Shown: positions 1-12,305 of the stretch, piece after piece
Layout of the letters: the number at the start of each line of letters is the position of its first letter
How positions within the stretch are numbered: the first letter of the stretch is position 1
Source: Neoconidiobolus thromboides FSU 785
Lineage: Eukaryota; Fungi; Entomophthoromycota
Length of the DNA stretch: 64,000 bases
NCBI GenBank assembly: GCA_025603075.1
Contig: MU626295.1
Location: 1-64,000 of the forward strand
Direction: 5' to 3'
Translations under genes and position numbers: made by a program
The notes under the pieces: generated by a model
What the model was told of the DNA's origin: nothing
The model's input: only the letters and a program-made list of their open reading frames with translations
The model's database searches: none

Positions 1-138
1 TTTACACGCATCACTAATTTTAATTGGATTAAATAAAAAGTAACCAATTAAGGTCTAAAGTTACATAATTTACCAAATAAATCAACTCCAAAAATATATA
101 AAGTAGAAAAATAAGTTGTTTTATAGATTTTATTTACA

Positions 139-1470
139 ATGTCTATTCAATTCGATCATTTACCTATTGTTTTATTAGAAGATATATTCAAATTACTGGA
201 TCCAACTAAACTATTTGACTTACGCTTTTTAAACAAATACTTATTTAATATTGCAAATAATACAATTAAATATAATTTATCTTATTCAATTTATTATTAT
301 AATGTGAGTAATCAATATAGAGTATACCAACAAAACTTTATTGAACAAAATGGAACAATGATGAAACATATATATTTATATGATGACAACCTCAAATTAT
401 TAAATAAATGTCCTAATATAACATCGTTAGAGATTGATGATCGAGGCGATGACTTTGATTATGATGAAGATACTGACTATATTGATGAACATATTGAATT
501 TAGTATTAAAACAAATCTAACAAAACTAAAAAAGTTAGTTATTTATAACAACAATATCGTCGGTTATTTGAAGTTATTTAATAATTATCTCAATCAAATT
601 GAAATAATTGAATTAAGGGAAATATATAAAGACCATGGATTTGGAATAAATATCGATAATATAGTTAAACACCTTATCCCTAATAAACTAAAGTCATTAA
701 CATTAGATATTAATGAATTAAGCCCTCATATATTAAATGTAATAAAAACAAAGTTTGTTAATCTAAAAGAGTTAGATTTAGCATGGTGTAATTTCCATGA
801 TACCCCGATTAACCTTAATCCCAATGTCAACTTTGCATCTCATTTAAAATTAAAAATTGAAGGATGTTTTGGTAATAATTTTAATATTGAGTTCCTTGGT
901 AATTTAAATTGTCTAAAGCAAATAGAATTGAAAGATACATCCACTTATTTGTTTGATACGTGTAGTGATATTAAACTGATTGAAAAAGACAATTTATTTG
1001 TTTCGGGAGAATCAAATTTCAATATGCCAATTGATCATTATCTGACAAAATTAGCCTACTCAAAACAATTGTATGTTTATAATCTATCTGCACCTTTATT
1101 TAATATACTTCCATCATTACCAAATATGCTACATCTTTTTATTGGTCATTTATCAATGAATTATTATTATTCAAGTCATAATTTTGATTTAAATGAGCCT
1201 AGTAAATATAAAGTTGACTTTATAAAACAAATTACAGTTATTCAATTGGATCTATATCTGGATGAGTTTCTTTCGTTTTTATCATTTTTTCCAAATCTTC
1301 AAGTTATTAAAATTCGATGCTTTAAGTTGGTAATAAGAGAATCGACTGTTACCTATAATCCACCTACTTCTTTACTTCTTATTACCTCTATTCCATATAA
1401 GCATGATCCAGAACTCTATCGAGCATTAGATCAGATTTTTAAAATGAATTGGATAAAGTATGGACTATAA
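139..1470 (+). CDS. F-box-like / degenerate LRR (RNI-like) protein, intronless, 443 aa; member of a lineage-expanded family
   Basis: N-terminal F-box-like motif (LPIVLLEDIFKLLDPTKLFDLRFLNKYL) followed by LxxLxL repeats (LTKLKKLVI, KLKSLTLDI, NLKELDLAW, NLQVIKIRC). Three decayed paralogs lie elsewhere in the window. Confidence 0.75.
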   Translation: MSIQFDHLPIVLLEDIFKLLDPTKLFDLRFLNKYLFNIANNTIKYNLSYSIYYYNVSNQYRVYQQNFIEQNGTMMKHIYLYDDNLKLLNKCPNITSLEIDDRGDDFDYDEDTDYIDEHIEFSIKTNLTKLKKLVIYNNNIVGYLKLFNNYLNQIEIIELREIYKDHGFGINIDNIVKHLIPNKLKSLTLDINELSPHILNVIKTKFVNLKELDLAWCNFHDTPINLNPNVNFASHLKLKIEGCFGNNFNIEFLGNLNCLKQIELKDTSTYLFDTCSDIKLIEKDNLFVSGESNFNMPIDHYLTKLAYSKQLYVYNLSAPLFNILPSLPNMLHLFIGHLSMNYYYSSHNFDLNEPSKYKVDFIKQITVIQLDLYLDEFLSFLSFFPNLQVIKIRCFKLVIRESTVTYNPPTSLLLITSIPYKHDPELYRALDQIFKMNWIKYGL

Positions 1471-1597
1471 CTGAATTGTTTTACTTGCTATTATTGTAGT
1501 TACAATAGTGACATGATAAATTCTTTGATGTTAATGATAGATTCTAAACAAAGGGATCCTGATGCTTAGCTCTAATATTATTATTTAAAATAAAGAT

Positions 1598-1693
1598 GAA
1601 GATGTGTTTTTTCATTCAAGAATTTTAGTAACAATCTTTCCACTGAAATAGCGCTTAAAAAATGGAATAGTAATGAAATCAAAAAACATCCAC
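1598..1693 (+). mobile_element. MITE copy 1 (GGGGATG family)
   Basis: gaagatgtgtttt...ttccactgaaatagcgcttaaaaaatggaa...aaacatccac; matches family consensus; right flank ATAT. Confidence 0.85.
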
Positions 1694-1792
1694 ATATGTT
1701 AAATATCAACAAAACGTTTAAAAAGCTTCTTTCAGTTTATTTTTTAGCTTTTATCTTACTCTCTTCTTAATAATTTTAATAAAAAAATATAT

Positions 1793-1888
1793 GGGGATGT
1801 GTTTTTCCATTTAAGGATTTACTAACAATTTTTCCACTCAAGCAGCGCTTAAAGATGGAAAAAGTAATGAAGTCAAAAAAACATCGCC
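1793..1888 (+). mobile_element. MITE copy 2
   Basis: ggggatgtg...acatcgcc with ATAT on both flanks. Confidence 0.9.
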
Positions 1889-2068
1889 ATATTAAAGTGT
1901 TCTCCTTAAATCATAACTATATATTTTTAATTGATTGGCTAATATCCATGATGTTAATAAGCTCCTTATTTTATTTATTAACTCATAATCTATCTCGGTT
2001 AAATCCTTAAATTACCCTAAGAAATAATACGACATCTTATTCCTTTTAAAAAAATACAATTTTTTAAC

Positions 2069-2977
2069 ATGAAATCTAATTTACAACAAGTAATTCCTAC
2101 CAAACTTTAATTAAATATGAGTAAATTATATTTTCGTTAGATTCTCAAACAAAGTCAACGTTTATTTCAAAGCAGCACTAGAGCTTTTATAAAAGTTGGG
2201 CAAGAGTTATCAACTAAGTCAGTGCATTTAAACTCACCAGCAACTGAGATTAATTTATTTGAGCATTTTAAACAATATCCTTTAGCTATTTTATTTGGTG
2301 TTCCAGGTGCTTTTACTCCAGGTAAACTCACAATTCATTTTTAATCTATCCTATAATAATGTTGTTAGGCTGTTCCAAAGTAAAATATAAATTACTTTGT
2401 ATTCTAAATACAATTTGAAATTAAAATTATAATAGTCTCATTTGCCAAGTTACCTTGAAAATTATGAACAATTAAAACAAAAAGGAGTTGAAGAGATTGC
2501 TTGTTTATCTGTTAACGATGCTTTTGTTATGCAAGCTTGGGGCGAAGCAAATAATACTGATAAAAAGGCAAGTTAGACCATGAATAATAGTTCGGTTCAT
2601 TTTATCTAAACCTTCAATTAGATCACCATGTTTGCCGATGTAAATGCTGAAGCTGTTAAGGATATGGATTTACAATTTGACCTTCCTGGTAAATTTTAAC
2701 TGATACCATTATTGTTTTATTTTAAAATAAGATATAGTTTTAGGCGGTATTCGCTCCAAAAGATTTGCTATGATTTTGAAGGTAGGATTTAATTTTAATT
2801 TGTTTACATTTAATTTATTTTAATTTTATTTAGAATGGTAAAGTGGACCAACTCTTTGTTGAGGTAAACTTTTATGACTTATTTATTATTTACGATTACT
2901 CATTAATTATTTTGTTTTAGCCGGATAATACTGGACTTTCAAATACCTTAGCTAAACATGTTTTAGAGAAATTATAA
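2069..2977 (+). CDS. Peroxiredoxin, PRX5/Pmp20/Ahp1 type, 8 exons, probable mitochondrial presequence
   Basis: Spliced reading gives GVPGAFTPG-CSK-SHLP (peroxidatic Cys motif), IACLSVNDAFVMQAWG, LGGIRSKRFAMI and EPDNTGL. The introns keep frame; one is GC-AG (2568-2621). Missed by the ORF track. Confidence 0.93.
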
Positions 2978-4082
2978 ATGGTTAGACATTTTGCACGTTT
3001 GTTTTATCTTTACTTTTTTATTTAATTTATTTGATGTTTATGTTTCAATAAAATTAACACAATGCTCTGCTGTGTTATCAAAGAGGACATTTTAAAGTCC
3101 TTTCCTAACAGAATAAACTTATTGAAAGGAATTCAGGGGGTCACTTGTTTTGATAAAAATTTCGATTTTATGTTTTGTTAACAAAACAAAATGTGTTTGT
3201 TATTTATTATAAAGCTATAATAATAACCAAAGTTTATAAAGGTCGTTTTAACTACAGGCCTTTGATTTTGGTATTAGTAATCAACAAGTTTACCATATTT
3301 TAATCACTTCAAGTGTTAACAACAAAAGCAGCATTATTTGATAATTATTGAGATTACTGATCTTTTGTTTGTAACTACCATACTAATAAAGACATTAAAG
3401 CAATTATATTTTAATATTTTATCCAATTTATTTTGAAAATTTGGCCCAATGCTTGATAGGGTTCTAGATCACATTCGTATCGAATACAAGCAATAAGAAG
3501 TAAAGAAGTAGGAATATTGTAGGTAACAGTTGATTGTCTCATTTTCAAATCAAAGTATGGGGACTTTAATAACTTGAAGGTTTGAAAAAAATGATAAAAA
3601 ATCATCCAGATAAAGATTTAATTAATTAACTGTAATTTACTTTATAAGGTCAAGTTTATATTTATCAGTTTCACTTAAATCAGACTTTTGAAATAAACTA
3701 TTATTATCAATTGATAAACGACCAACAAAAACATGCCATATATTTGATAATAATGGAAGTACGTTGAGTAAACCTGTAGACAGATGATGTACATACGATT
3801 GCTTTGAGTCAATTAGTTTCATCAAATAATAGTTAATTGGCATATTGAAGTTTGACTCTACTGAAATAAATAAATTGCCTTTTTCATTAGTTTAATATTA
3901 ACATACATATCAAATAAATAGTTGGAATCATCTCTCAATTCTGTTTGCTTTAAACAATTTAAATTACCAAGGAACTCGATATTAAAGCCATCATAAAAAT
4001 ATCTTTCAATTTTTAACTTTAAAGGAGACACAAAACTGACATTGGGGTCGAGATTAACTAAGGATTATTAAAACCACTATAT

Positions 4083-4179
4083 GAAAATGTTTTTTTGGTT
4101 TCATTACTTTTTCCATTTTTTGAGTGCTACCTGAGCGGAAATTTTATTAGCAAAATTCTTAAGCAAAAAACACATTCCT
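4083..4179 (-). mobile_element. MITE copy 3, inserted in the F-box pseudogene
   Basis: Reverse-oriented consensus match; ATAT at 4079-4082 and 4180-4183. Confidence 0.92.
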
Positions 4180-4759
4180 ATATGCTAAATTTAGTACTTT
4201 TAAATTTAAAAACTTTGTTTTTATTATATCTAATCCACTAAGCTTTATAATAAAGTTTAATGTTAACGAATTCAACATATTAGGATTAAAATATTCAACT
4301 ATATATTCAATACATCAAGTTCATTAAACCTGATTCTTTCCATTAATTCAATTGTTTCAATTTGATTGAGATAACTATTAAATAGCTTTAGATAGCCGAT
4401 AATATTGTTGTTATAAATAACTAACTTTTTTAGTTTTGTTAGATTTGTTTTAATACCAAATTCGATGTGCTGATTAATACCTTCATAATCAAAGTCATCA
4501 TTATAACTATCAATCTCTGACAATATTATATTAGAACAATTAATGATTTAAAACTTATCATCATATAAAATTAAATGTTTCGTTATTTCTCCATTTTGTT
4601 CAATAAAATTTTGTCAGTATGTACTATATTAATTACTCTCAATATAATAGATTGAATAATATAAATCGTATTTAATTGTATTGTTTGCAATATTAAATGA
4701 ACATTTATTTAAAAAGCGCAAATTAAATTGTTTAGTCGAATCTAATAATTTGAATATAT

Positions 4760-4858
4760 GGGGATGTATTTTTGTGTTTAAGAATTTTGCTAACAACTTT
4801 TCCACTCAAATAGCGCTTAAAAGATAGAAAAAGTAATGAAGCCAAAAAAAACACCCTC
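4760..4858 (+). mobile_element. MITE copy 4, inserted in the F-box pseudogene
   Basis: ggggatgtattttt...acaccctc; ATAT at 4756-4759 and 4859-4862; removal restores codons caa gat ata ttc. Confidence 0.95.
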
Positions 4859-5272
4859 ATATCTTGTAATGAAATAATAGGCAAACGATTGAGTTGAATG
4901 GTCATTTTAAATAAATTTATAAAGAGTCAAAACGAATTTTACATTGATTACGTATAAATGTTCTTTTCAAATTTTAATACTAATTTCCATGCAAAAAAAA
5001 ACTACAGAAACTTATGAAAAATACTAATGTTCAATATAAATAAAAATGATAATTCTCAATGGCTTACATTATAACTATCAGCAGTAATACATTCTATTCA
5101 ATGTGTTTATACTGTTATTTTATCACAATTAAACTAAATTTAAATAAAACTATGTAAACTATAAGTAAATTAGCATTTAAGAAATTTCAAAAACTATCAT
5201 AACACAGTAAACCAAGCTACATAAATATAAAAAACAAAATTTTAATATAAAAAATTACTCTATAAAATTAAA

Positions 5273-6576
5273 TTAAAGCTCAATTTCGTCTGGATTTTCA
5301 TCCGGACCATTGGCTTGATTATTGTCTGGTTCGTCCTCTGATATCACTTCTGGGATATCTTTTATAATATCTACAACTTTATCCACTTCAATCTTATCAT
5401 AATCATTATATTTTGGTACTTTTGAATTATTATTTGGTTTTGGCTTGATATTTAAATCTCTTTCTAAAGCTTCAATATCACTATCATCATTAGTAAGCCC
5501 AATAGATTTTAATTTTGGTGATGAATCATTGACTGGTAAAATTGGGCTAATATTTAAATTATCGGGCATTTCATGGTATACATGTATGGTAGGAAATTCA
5601 TAAAATCTAATATGAGATAAAGCTTGTTGCAATGGCGTATCTGAATCAAGTTGGTAGAAAGTAGGGGTTTTGGCCTAAAAATATAAATAATGGTTTCATA
5701 TTATACAAAAATCGCTTACGTTGGTATTTATTTTTGAAATAAAGTAGTATAATTCTATACTTTGAGTTAATATGCTACTACAAGGATGTTCTTTGACTGA
5801 TTTTAACATTTTGATATCATCCGAATTTTTGCTACTGTTAACCTTTGATCGAATTTTTGATTCGAATAATTCATCCAATGTTTCTATACCCTTATTATAA
5901 TGAGTTACTACTTCAATATCCATTTTATCATTAATTATAAGTTTCCAAGTGATAGTCCAAAATGACGTATTCTCCCTTAATTAAAGTTAATATGCCTCTA
6001 ATTTAAGTTGTTAAAATTACCTATAGCACCAAAAGGAGCGATTAAGCTTAGCTTTAAGCATACCTTTACTTAAGCTCATAGCTTTAATATTAAAGGATTC
6101 TAATTTTTTATTTAACAAGTTTAGTTTCTTATTATAATTGGTATTTTTAAACTCGGCTTTATGATGAAGCTCTCTTTCTGAATTTTCCGCTATCCTTGTA
6201 ACTTCTGTTAAATATTTATAATCTAAAATCTTCAGTTATATATATTTTGTTGTACCAATATATTACCATTTAATAAACTATTTTCATCCAATTTAGCCTT
6301 TGGCAAGAACTCAAAATTTGCCTTTTTACCACTGCATTTATTACGAGCTTTATGAGTTTTAACACACTCCACGCAACATGTTTTCATCAAACAAGCTGGG
6401 CATTTATATTTAAAATCCTCTTTTTTACATACTTCACACTTAGTATCATCAATAATTTGACCAATACTAGTTATATAAACTTCGTTTTTTTTATTTGGTT
6501 GGTCTCTTATCTTGATTTCTCCTTCCTGTATCGGTATAGTCGTTTCTTCAGACTCAAATAATGGAAAAAAAGACAT
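5273..6576 (-). CDS. BCD1: Box C/D snoRNP assembly protein (zf-HIT, ZNHIT6/Bcd1), multi-exon
   Basis: zf-HIT CEVCKKEDFKYKCPACLMKTCCVECVKTHK...CSG. Spliced continuation LLNDYKYLTEVTR, FWTITW and C-terminal LQQALSHIRFYEFPTIHV. Joins three ORF-track fragments. Confidence 0.9.
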
Positions 6577-6972
6577 TTTATTAAAAGAGGTTTTATTAGC
6601 TACATGAAATTCTTGAAATTTGTGCTCAAAGAAATTCTCAAAGCTGCAAAAAAGGTTTTATGTACTTTGAATTTTTGCGTTAAGTAAAATTTGCTTATAA
6701 AATAAGCTTACAAAGAAGTGCGATCTTATTATAAAGATTAGATACAAATTGTAAAAGTAATAAAATAAATACAGTAAATTAATTTTTATATATACTGGTC
6801 CTTTAATTAGTTTTTATTCACTTAATTTTATATTCTAAAATTGATTGAACTTAATTATAGTTAGGGAATGAAACTAGTTAAAAACTCCCATCTAAACAAA
6901 TAGGATCAATTCTAAAGCTACTCGATTTTACACAAAAAAACAATTAAACTTTTTTAAATTATTTAGAGTTTT

Positions 6973-8382
6973 ATGAAAATAATAATTCATCAATTGAAAC
7001 ATAAATTAACCAAAATACGTTATGAATCCATTATAATTGATAAATACAGGTACATAAATCAAATTTTTAACATCAAAGCAAGTTTCAATTATTCTTCTAT
7101 CGCCACAAATAGTATTAATATAATAAAAAATAACGATGTTGATTCAAGCCTGATATCAAAGAAAAACGTGGAATTTTATAATGAATGTGTTAATATAAAA
7201 GCAAGCAGTGAAAACAGACTTGATGATTCTGATACAGATTTAAAAATCATTAGCTATATCCAAGGTTTAAAGAAATTCCCTAATTATAATCAATTTTTTA
7301 AATTCATAAAGAAAAAACAAGGTAGAATAACTATCGATGGGTATCATAATAAAAGTAAAGAAGAGATTGATCAAACTTATGTCAATGTTTCAAATCAACT
7401 GTTTAATGCAAGTAAGAGTACTATTAATTCATTTGATAGCTTAATCCTATGTAAACAACTAGAATATAAACAGTTAAAATTTATCTATTTTTACATAAAA
7501 GAACATAACGTAAAACTAGCAGGGAGTACGTACTACAAACTAGCTCACCAAGCATTAAGAATTAAAGATTTTAGTTTTTTTTATAAACTATTAATGGATC
7601 AATTTTATGATGGCAATTTACTAGATGAAAAGCAACTTGAATCATTTAACTTATTACCTCCTGCTGATCGTAGTTTTATTTATCAAACAATAGGTCTTAA
7701 TCTATTTAAATCTGTTAACAATTATTTAATAACTAGTTTTATAACAAATTGCACCATTAAAAATTTAGAAAATGTCACTATCTATAATGAATTAAAAGAT
7801 AGCATCAACCTACCATCCAATGTTTCAAAAAACCGATTACTTCATTTGATTAAATTTTCAATTAAGGCATGTGATGTGAATCAAGTAGAAATGTATTACA
7901 ACATAGCTATTAAGCAAAAGGAATCTATAGACGAAACGCTTTATGTAAGTTTATTTAAAATATACTCACTTGGAGGGTATGGAAAGAAAGCGAATAAAAT
8001 ATGGAGTTTAATACCCAAGAATCATCCAGCTTATGCGTCGACTGCTTCATTGGCCTTAGATAATTGCTATCTCTATTTGGATTTACAAACATTAAATGAA
8101 ACTTTTGAACAAATTCGACATCATACTCACATCGAAACCAATCATTATACCTCTTATTTAGAAGGTTTAGTTCAATTTCAACAATATGAAAAAGCAACAG
8201 AAATATTTATTAAGGATTTATGTATAGATAGAATTTGTAAACCGAATCCAAAAACATTTCAAAAATTGGTCGTTTCTATTAAAACTATTGCGGTTAGAAA
8301 TGATGACAGAAACCTTCTTCACCTAGTTAAAAGGATCCTTGTTGCTTATAAATTATACCTTCAATCTAATCCCTCTCATTAA
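6973..8382 (+). CDS. PPR/TPR-like helical-repeat protein, probably mitochondrial, 469 aa
   Basis: Basic N-terminus; repeats such as TLYVSLFKIYSLGGYGKKANKIWSLI and NHYTSYLEGLVQFQQYEKATEIF; KPNPKTF motif typical of PPR ends. Confidence 0.75.
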   Translation: MKIIIHQLKHKLTKIRYESIIIDKYRYINQIFNIKASFNYSSIATNSINIIKNNDVDSSLISKKNVEFYNECVNIKASSENRLDDSDTDLKIISYIQGLKKFPNYNQFFKFIKKKQGRITIDGYHNKSKEEIDQTYVNVSNQLFNASKSTINSFDSLILCKQLEYKQLKFIYFYIKEHNVKLAGSTYYKLAHQALRIKDFSFFYKLLMDQFYDGNLLDEKQLESFNLLPPADRSFIYQTIGLNLFKSVNNYLITSFITNCTIKNLENVTIYNELKDSINLPSNVSKNRLLHLIKFSIKACDVNQVEMYYNIAIKQKESIDETLYVSLFKIYSLGGYGKKANKIWSLIPKNHPAYASTASLALDNCYLYLDLQTLNETFEQIRHHTHIETNHYTSYLEGLVQFQQYEKATEIFIKDLCIDRICKPNPKTFQKLVVSIKTIAVRNDDRNLLHLVKRILVAYKLYLQSNPSH

Positions 8383-9237
8383 GAAATAAAAGTGCTTTTA
8401 GTTATTTTGTTTTCCTTATTGTTTTTTCTGCTCATTCAAAATTTAATTCTACTTACTTTAGATTAACTTTTATTTAAATATTTGATGTTTTCGTTAATAG
8501 GTCTGCGATTTTGTAGAATACACAATAGTGTATAAGTTGATCCCCTTTTTTAATAAGTATAATTGAGTTATTCTAATATAAAATGCATTTGATTACGCCG
8601 AAGTATTTAAAATTTGCTATCAGATATTACATATCACTAAAGATCTCGGTTTCAACTGTCTTTATTATCACAAAGTTGAGAAACCGTCTTGTGACAAATT
8701 TGTGTTTTACACCATCATCAAAGCCTTTCGGAACCCAATTCTGACTTATCTCAAGTACTTCATTTTTGTTTTTGCTCGCTTTCTTTCCTACTTCATTCAA
8801 CTTGTGAATATCTTCTCTCATTACTGTTTTTTTATCAATTTTCCATTCAAGCTACTAAAACCTGGATCATTTACACATATTTTTCTAAACTATCAGTTGA
8901 TAGTACACCTACTGCACCTCAAACTGCCTCTATTTTAGTTCATACCTGGATTGATATGTGCAAAATTGGATATAAAATAGTTAAATATATTTTACCATGG
9001 TCCAAAGCAGACGCCATTAAATTATAGTATCTTCTTTCACATACTTCGTTTTTATCTACCCTCTTTTTTTCCCCTCTTTTTACTTCCCTTTATTTTTAGC
9101 TTGTACATTCATAAATGAAACCCTTAAGATTGTCGATTCTTTCGGGATTTGAAAAAAACAATTTATTTAAAGTATTGTCTTTTAGGAATAATTAGCATTT
9201 TTTAAAATATGTAGATTCACTTTTATTATCATCATAT

Positions 9238-9336
9238 GGGGATGTATTTTTGTATTTAAGAATCTTACTAACAAATTTTCCACTTAAATAGCACTTAAAA
9301 AATGGAAAAAATAATGAAGTCAAAAAAGATACTCCC
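9238..9336 (+). mobile_element. MITE copy 5
   Basis: Consensus match; ATAT on both flanks. Confidence 0.92.
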
Positions 9337-10357
9337 ATATATTCATTGTAAATTTCATATCTTAATAAAGTATGACATCTTATTTGTTTAAATAATTTTT
9401 ATCGTCTGTTTTTATAAACCTACACCCTTTTTTAAGCATACCTCTATATACTTTTATTTTAATTATTACTACTTATCCCTACAATATAAAACTAGCTAAA
9501 AATACTGAAATGACTCCCAGTTACTGCTTTTGACTCTTTATTTTTTTTCAGGGAATTAACAATGAACTAAACTTAAATATGTTTTAGATCTATTTTATTT
9601 TCAAAAGCAAAAATAGTATAGTTTGGTCTCCTTTATTGTAAGTACTGTACTCGTTTCTTATATCGATGGCTATCATTCTCCCATTTATATCTTACTCTTA
9701 TTTACTAATATTAGACTTTTTCATTCAAGTATTTAAGAACTAATTAGCTTATTTGAAATTTAAGTGAAAAAGGCTATTTCCAAAATCGAATATCAAAAAA
9801 TCACTTAATATTTAATTATAAACTGATGCTTATGAAATATCATTTGTTTTATTATGTTTCATTAGAAATAAACAGACTCAAAAGTATATTTACTTTTATC
9901 AAATATTTTAATAAAGGCTGAATAACTTCATTTTAATTATATTCACTAATATTTTGAATCCAGTCAATGGTAAGTACTAAGTATGAGCACATGGAGAAAT
10001 TTAATCCAGTAAAGGCATTTATTTGAGTGATCTTCCAAAATGAACAAATATTTTATTTGGCAAGTTTTAATGTTATACAGCTCTAGTGTTAAATAATGTT
10101 ATATTCTTATCTATCTACTGCTTATTTCATTTGACTGATTCTTATTTTTAATTTTTTCCAATTTGTAATAAATTAATATATAATTTTATTTTATCTTATT
10201 TTATTCTATTTAAAAATATCACATAGCCCTATTGTTTTAAAATGGGTTTTATTATTGTAAATAATATTGCCCAAACTATTTAATAGATTTAAAACCAACA
10301 ATAGCCTAGAACTATTCCTTAGAAGAAGCGTGGAATTAAACGATTTTATTAGTATAT

Positions 10358-10453
10358 AGGGGTGTTTTTGGTTTCATCACTTCTTCCATTTTTTAAGTGC
10401 TATTCAAGTGAAAAAATTGCTAGTGAAATTCTTAAACAAAAAAATACATCCCC
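10358..10453 (-). mobile_element. MITE copy 6
   Basis: Reverse consensus match ending aaatacatcccc; flanks ATAT/ATAG. Confidence 0.9.
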
Positions 10454-11558
10454 ATAGAAATCTTATTAATCTTATTACTTGGTATTTAATACTCAGTACT
10501 TATAATTTGATGTTCTTTATTTTTTGCTATCATTACTCATTAATAATATTCATTAAAGCCCATTATAATAAGCAATGATACCAATATGTGATTGTTTTAT
10601 TCAGTAAAAATTGATTTCAAGTTTATGATATTAATGTTTGGGCATTTAATCTCTTAATATAAAATAGCTTTAATATTTATTTTTAAAGTATTTTTAAGTC
10701 GAGAAATGATCTACCAAAATTTATTAATTTGATATTCAGAAATTGTGTAATTAAATAATAAACACTTTAGTAATAGCAATAATAATACTTTTATTCTTAT
10801 ATATAATATATAATATATTATATATTATATACTACTATTTTTAATTTAGCTAGTTTTTGAATAACATAATATCAATTTATTGGAAGTTACCTTTGATTAT
10901 TATTGACAAAGGCGTTAGATTAGTTTCTAACATATATTTTCTATAATAATAAACTCAAGCTATTTTAAACTTAACTAAAATAATCAAAGTATTTCAAATA
11001 TGATGTAAATTTTTAATAAATATTTAAATTTAATTGGTCTATTTTGATTTAAATGATTAGTTGATGGGTAGTTTGAAACGGAATTGAATGCTACCAAATA
11101 TAGCGTTTATTATGTCTTGAATTGATAATTTCTCAATCTCTCCATCAAATGTTTCTAACAAATAATTGCTTTCAAAGGTGAAATTAAGTAATCCATTTTT
11201 AGTTGAAAAAATCCAAACGCTCTCAAAATTTGCTATACTCTTTTAGGTTAGGGTGTATTAAATTTGAATTACTTTATATGTTACTTTCCCTTAAGTTAAG
11301 TGCCTCATACAATACAAATCTGATGTTAAATTATTTTAAAACGTACTTAATAGTATCTTAATTTTAATTAGTTGGTTGAGTATTTGCTTATAAACTCCTG
11401 TTAAACTTAGATTCAAATATACTATAAATACCTGTTAAAAATTAATCTAATCGAAGTTTTTATTTTTAAACTTAACTATACTCTTTTAAGTTTAACTTAT
11501 TTACTAAAGAGATTAAACATTAAAACTTAATTTTATTATCTTCACCTAAATTTGAAAT

Positions 11559-12305
11559 ATGGATAGCGAAACAAATACTAGCTTACAATGCACCAGTGGT
11601 GAAATTGCTGAATTTTTTAAAAAAGAAATGGGAATAGACAATGATTTCTTTATGGAACCCTCAAGTTTACCGTATAACAATATGTTTATGGAACCAAAGC
11701 CTTTATCCCCGATTTTACCATATCACTTAGAACATGATAATTTACAGCTCCCTCCAATAGATGCGACCTTTTCTTATAGTCATCCACAATATATGCCAGA
11801 ATTATGGCAATCCAATAAAAGTGATTCAAGTGATAGTAGTATGTCAACCCCTGAAACTTTAAAAACAAGTCAATTTTCACATTCAAATATTATGTATAGT
11901 ACAATGGGACACCCTATGGAATTGTTGTATCATCCCAGCTTTTATCCAATGCACCCAGTAGCCGGACTACAAAATCATCCATTGTACACTCAACAGTACA
12001 ATGATCCAAATATGATGCAATTCCGTGTGCCTAGCGTTTACAACACAAATATGGTACCTTCAATGCCATTATCGAACCACACTTTAATGACTTCTTTTCC
12101 TTCTAAACCATTGAATCCAGCACACAAGAGGTATCGTTGTACTATTTGTGGGAAAGGGTTTTCGAGACCATCATCACTGACTACACACACTTACTCCCAC
12201 ACAGGAGAAAAACCATTCCGTTGTAACGTTGAAGGTTGTGGACGCCAATTTTCAGTTGTTTCTAATTTGCGTCGACATGGGAAAGTTCACCAATCAAGTA
12301 ATTGA
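11559..12305 (+). CDS. C2H2 zinc-finger transcription factor, FlbC-like
   Basis: Two C-terminal fingers YRCTICGKGFSRPSSLTTHTYSHTGEKPFRC...CGRQFSVVSNLRRHGKVH, closely resembling the fungal FlbC family; Pro/Ser/Met-rich N-terminus. Confidence 0.9.
   Translation: MDSETNTSLQCTSGEIAEFFKKEMGIDNDFFMEPSSLPYNNMFMEPKPLSPILPYHLEHDNLQLPPIDATFSYSHPQYMPELWQSNKSDSSDSSMSTPETLKTSQFSHSNIMYSTMGHPMELLYHPSFYPMHPVAGLQNHPLYTQQYNDPNMMQFRVPSVYNTNMVPSMPLSNHTLMTSFPSKPLNPAHKRYRCTICGKGFSRPSSLTTHTYSHTGEKPFRCNVEGCGRQFSVVSNLRRHGKVHQSSN

Larger units (their letters stand above)
3411..4905 (-). pseudogene. Pseudogene paralog of the 139..1470 F-box/LRR gene, interrupted by two MITEs and frameshifts
   Basis: ATG at 4905 reads MTIQLNRLPIISLQDIFKLLD (cf. 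MSIQFDHLPIVLLEDIFKLLD) once the MITE is removed. Shares KTNLTKLKKLVIYNNNI and C-terminal QIFKINWIKY. Several frameshifts and stops. Confidence 0.93.

Noticed and set aside
4756-4862. Alternative model of a 2-bp AT target duplication (ISL2EU-like) for the MITE
   Set aside because: The reconstructed empty site would be 2 nt too long and break collinearity with the intact paralog.
8627-9017. Minus-strand fragment MASALDHG...EL.IEAV*GAV...MREDIHKL, faintly like the Tc1/IS630 'ELNPIExxW' motif
   Set aside because: Needs a frameshift and a stop read-through; no consistent splice model; the similarity is too short to support without a profile search.
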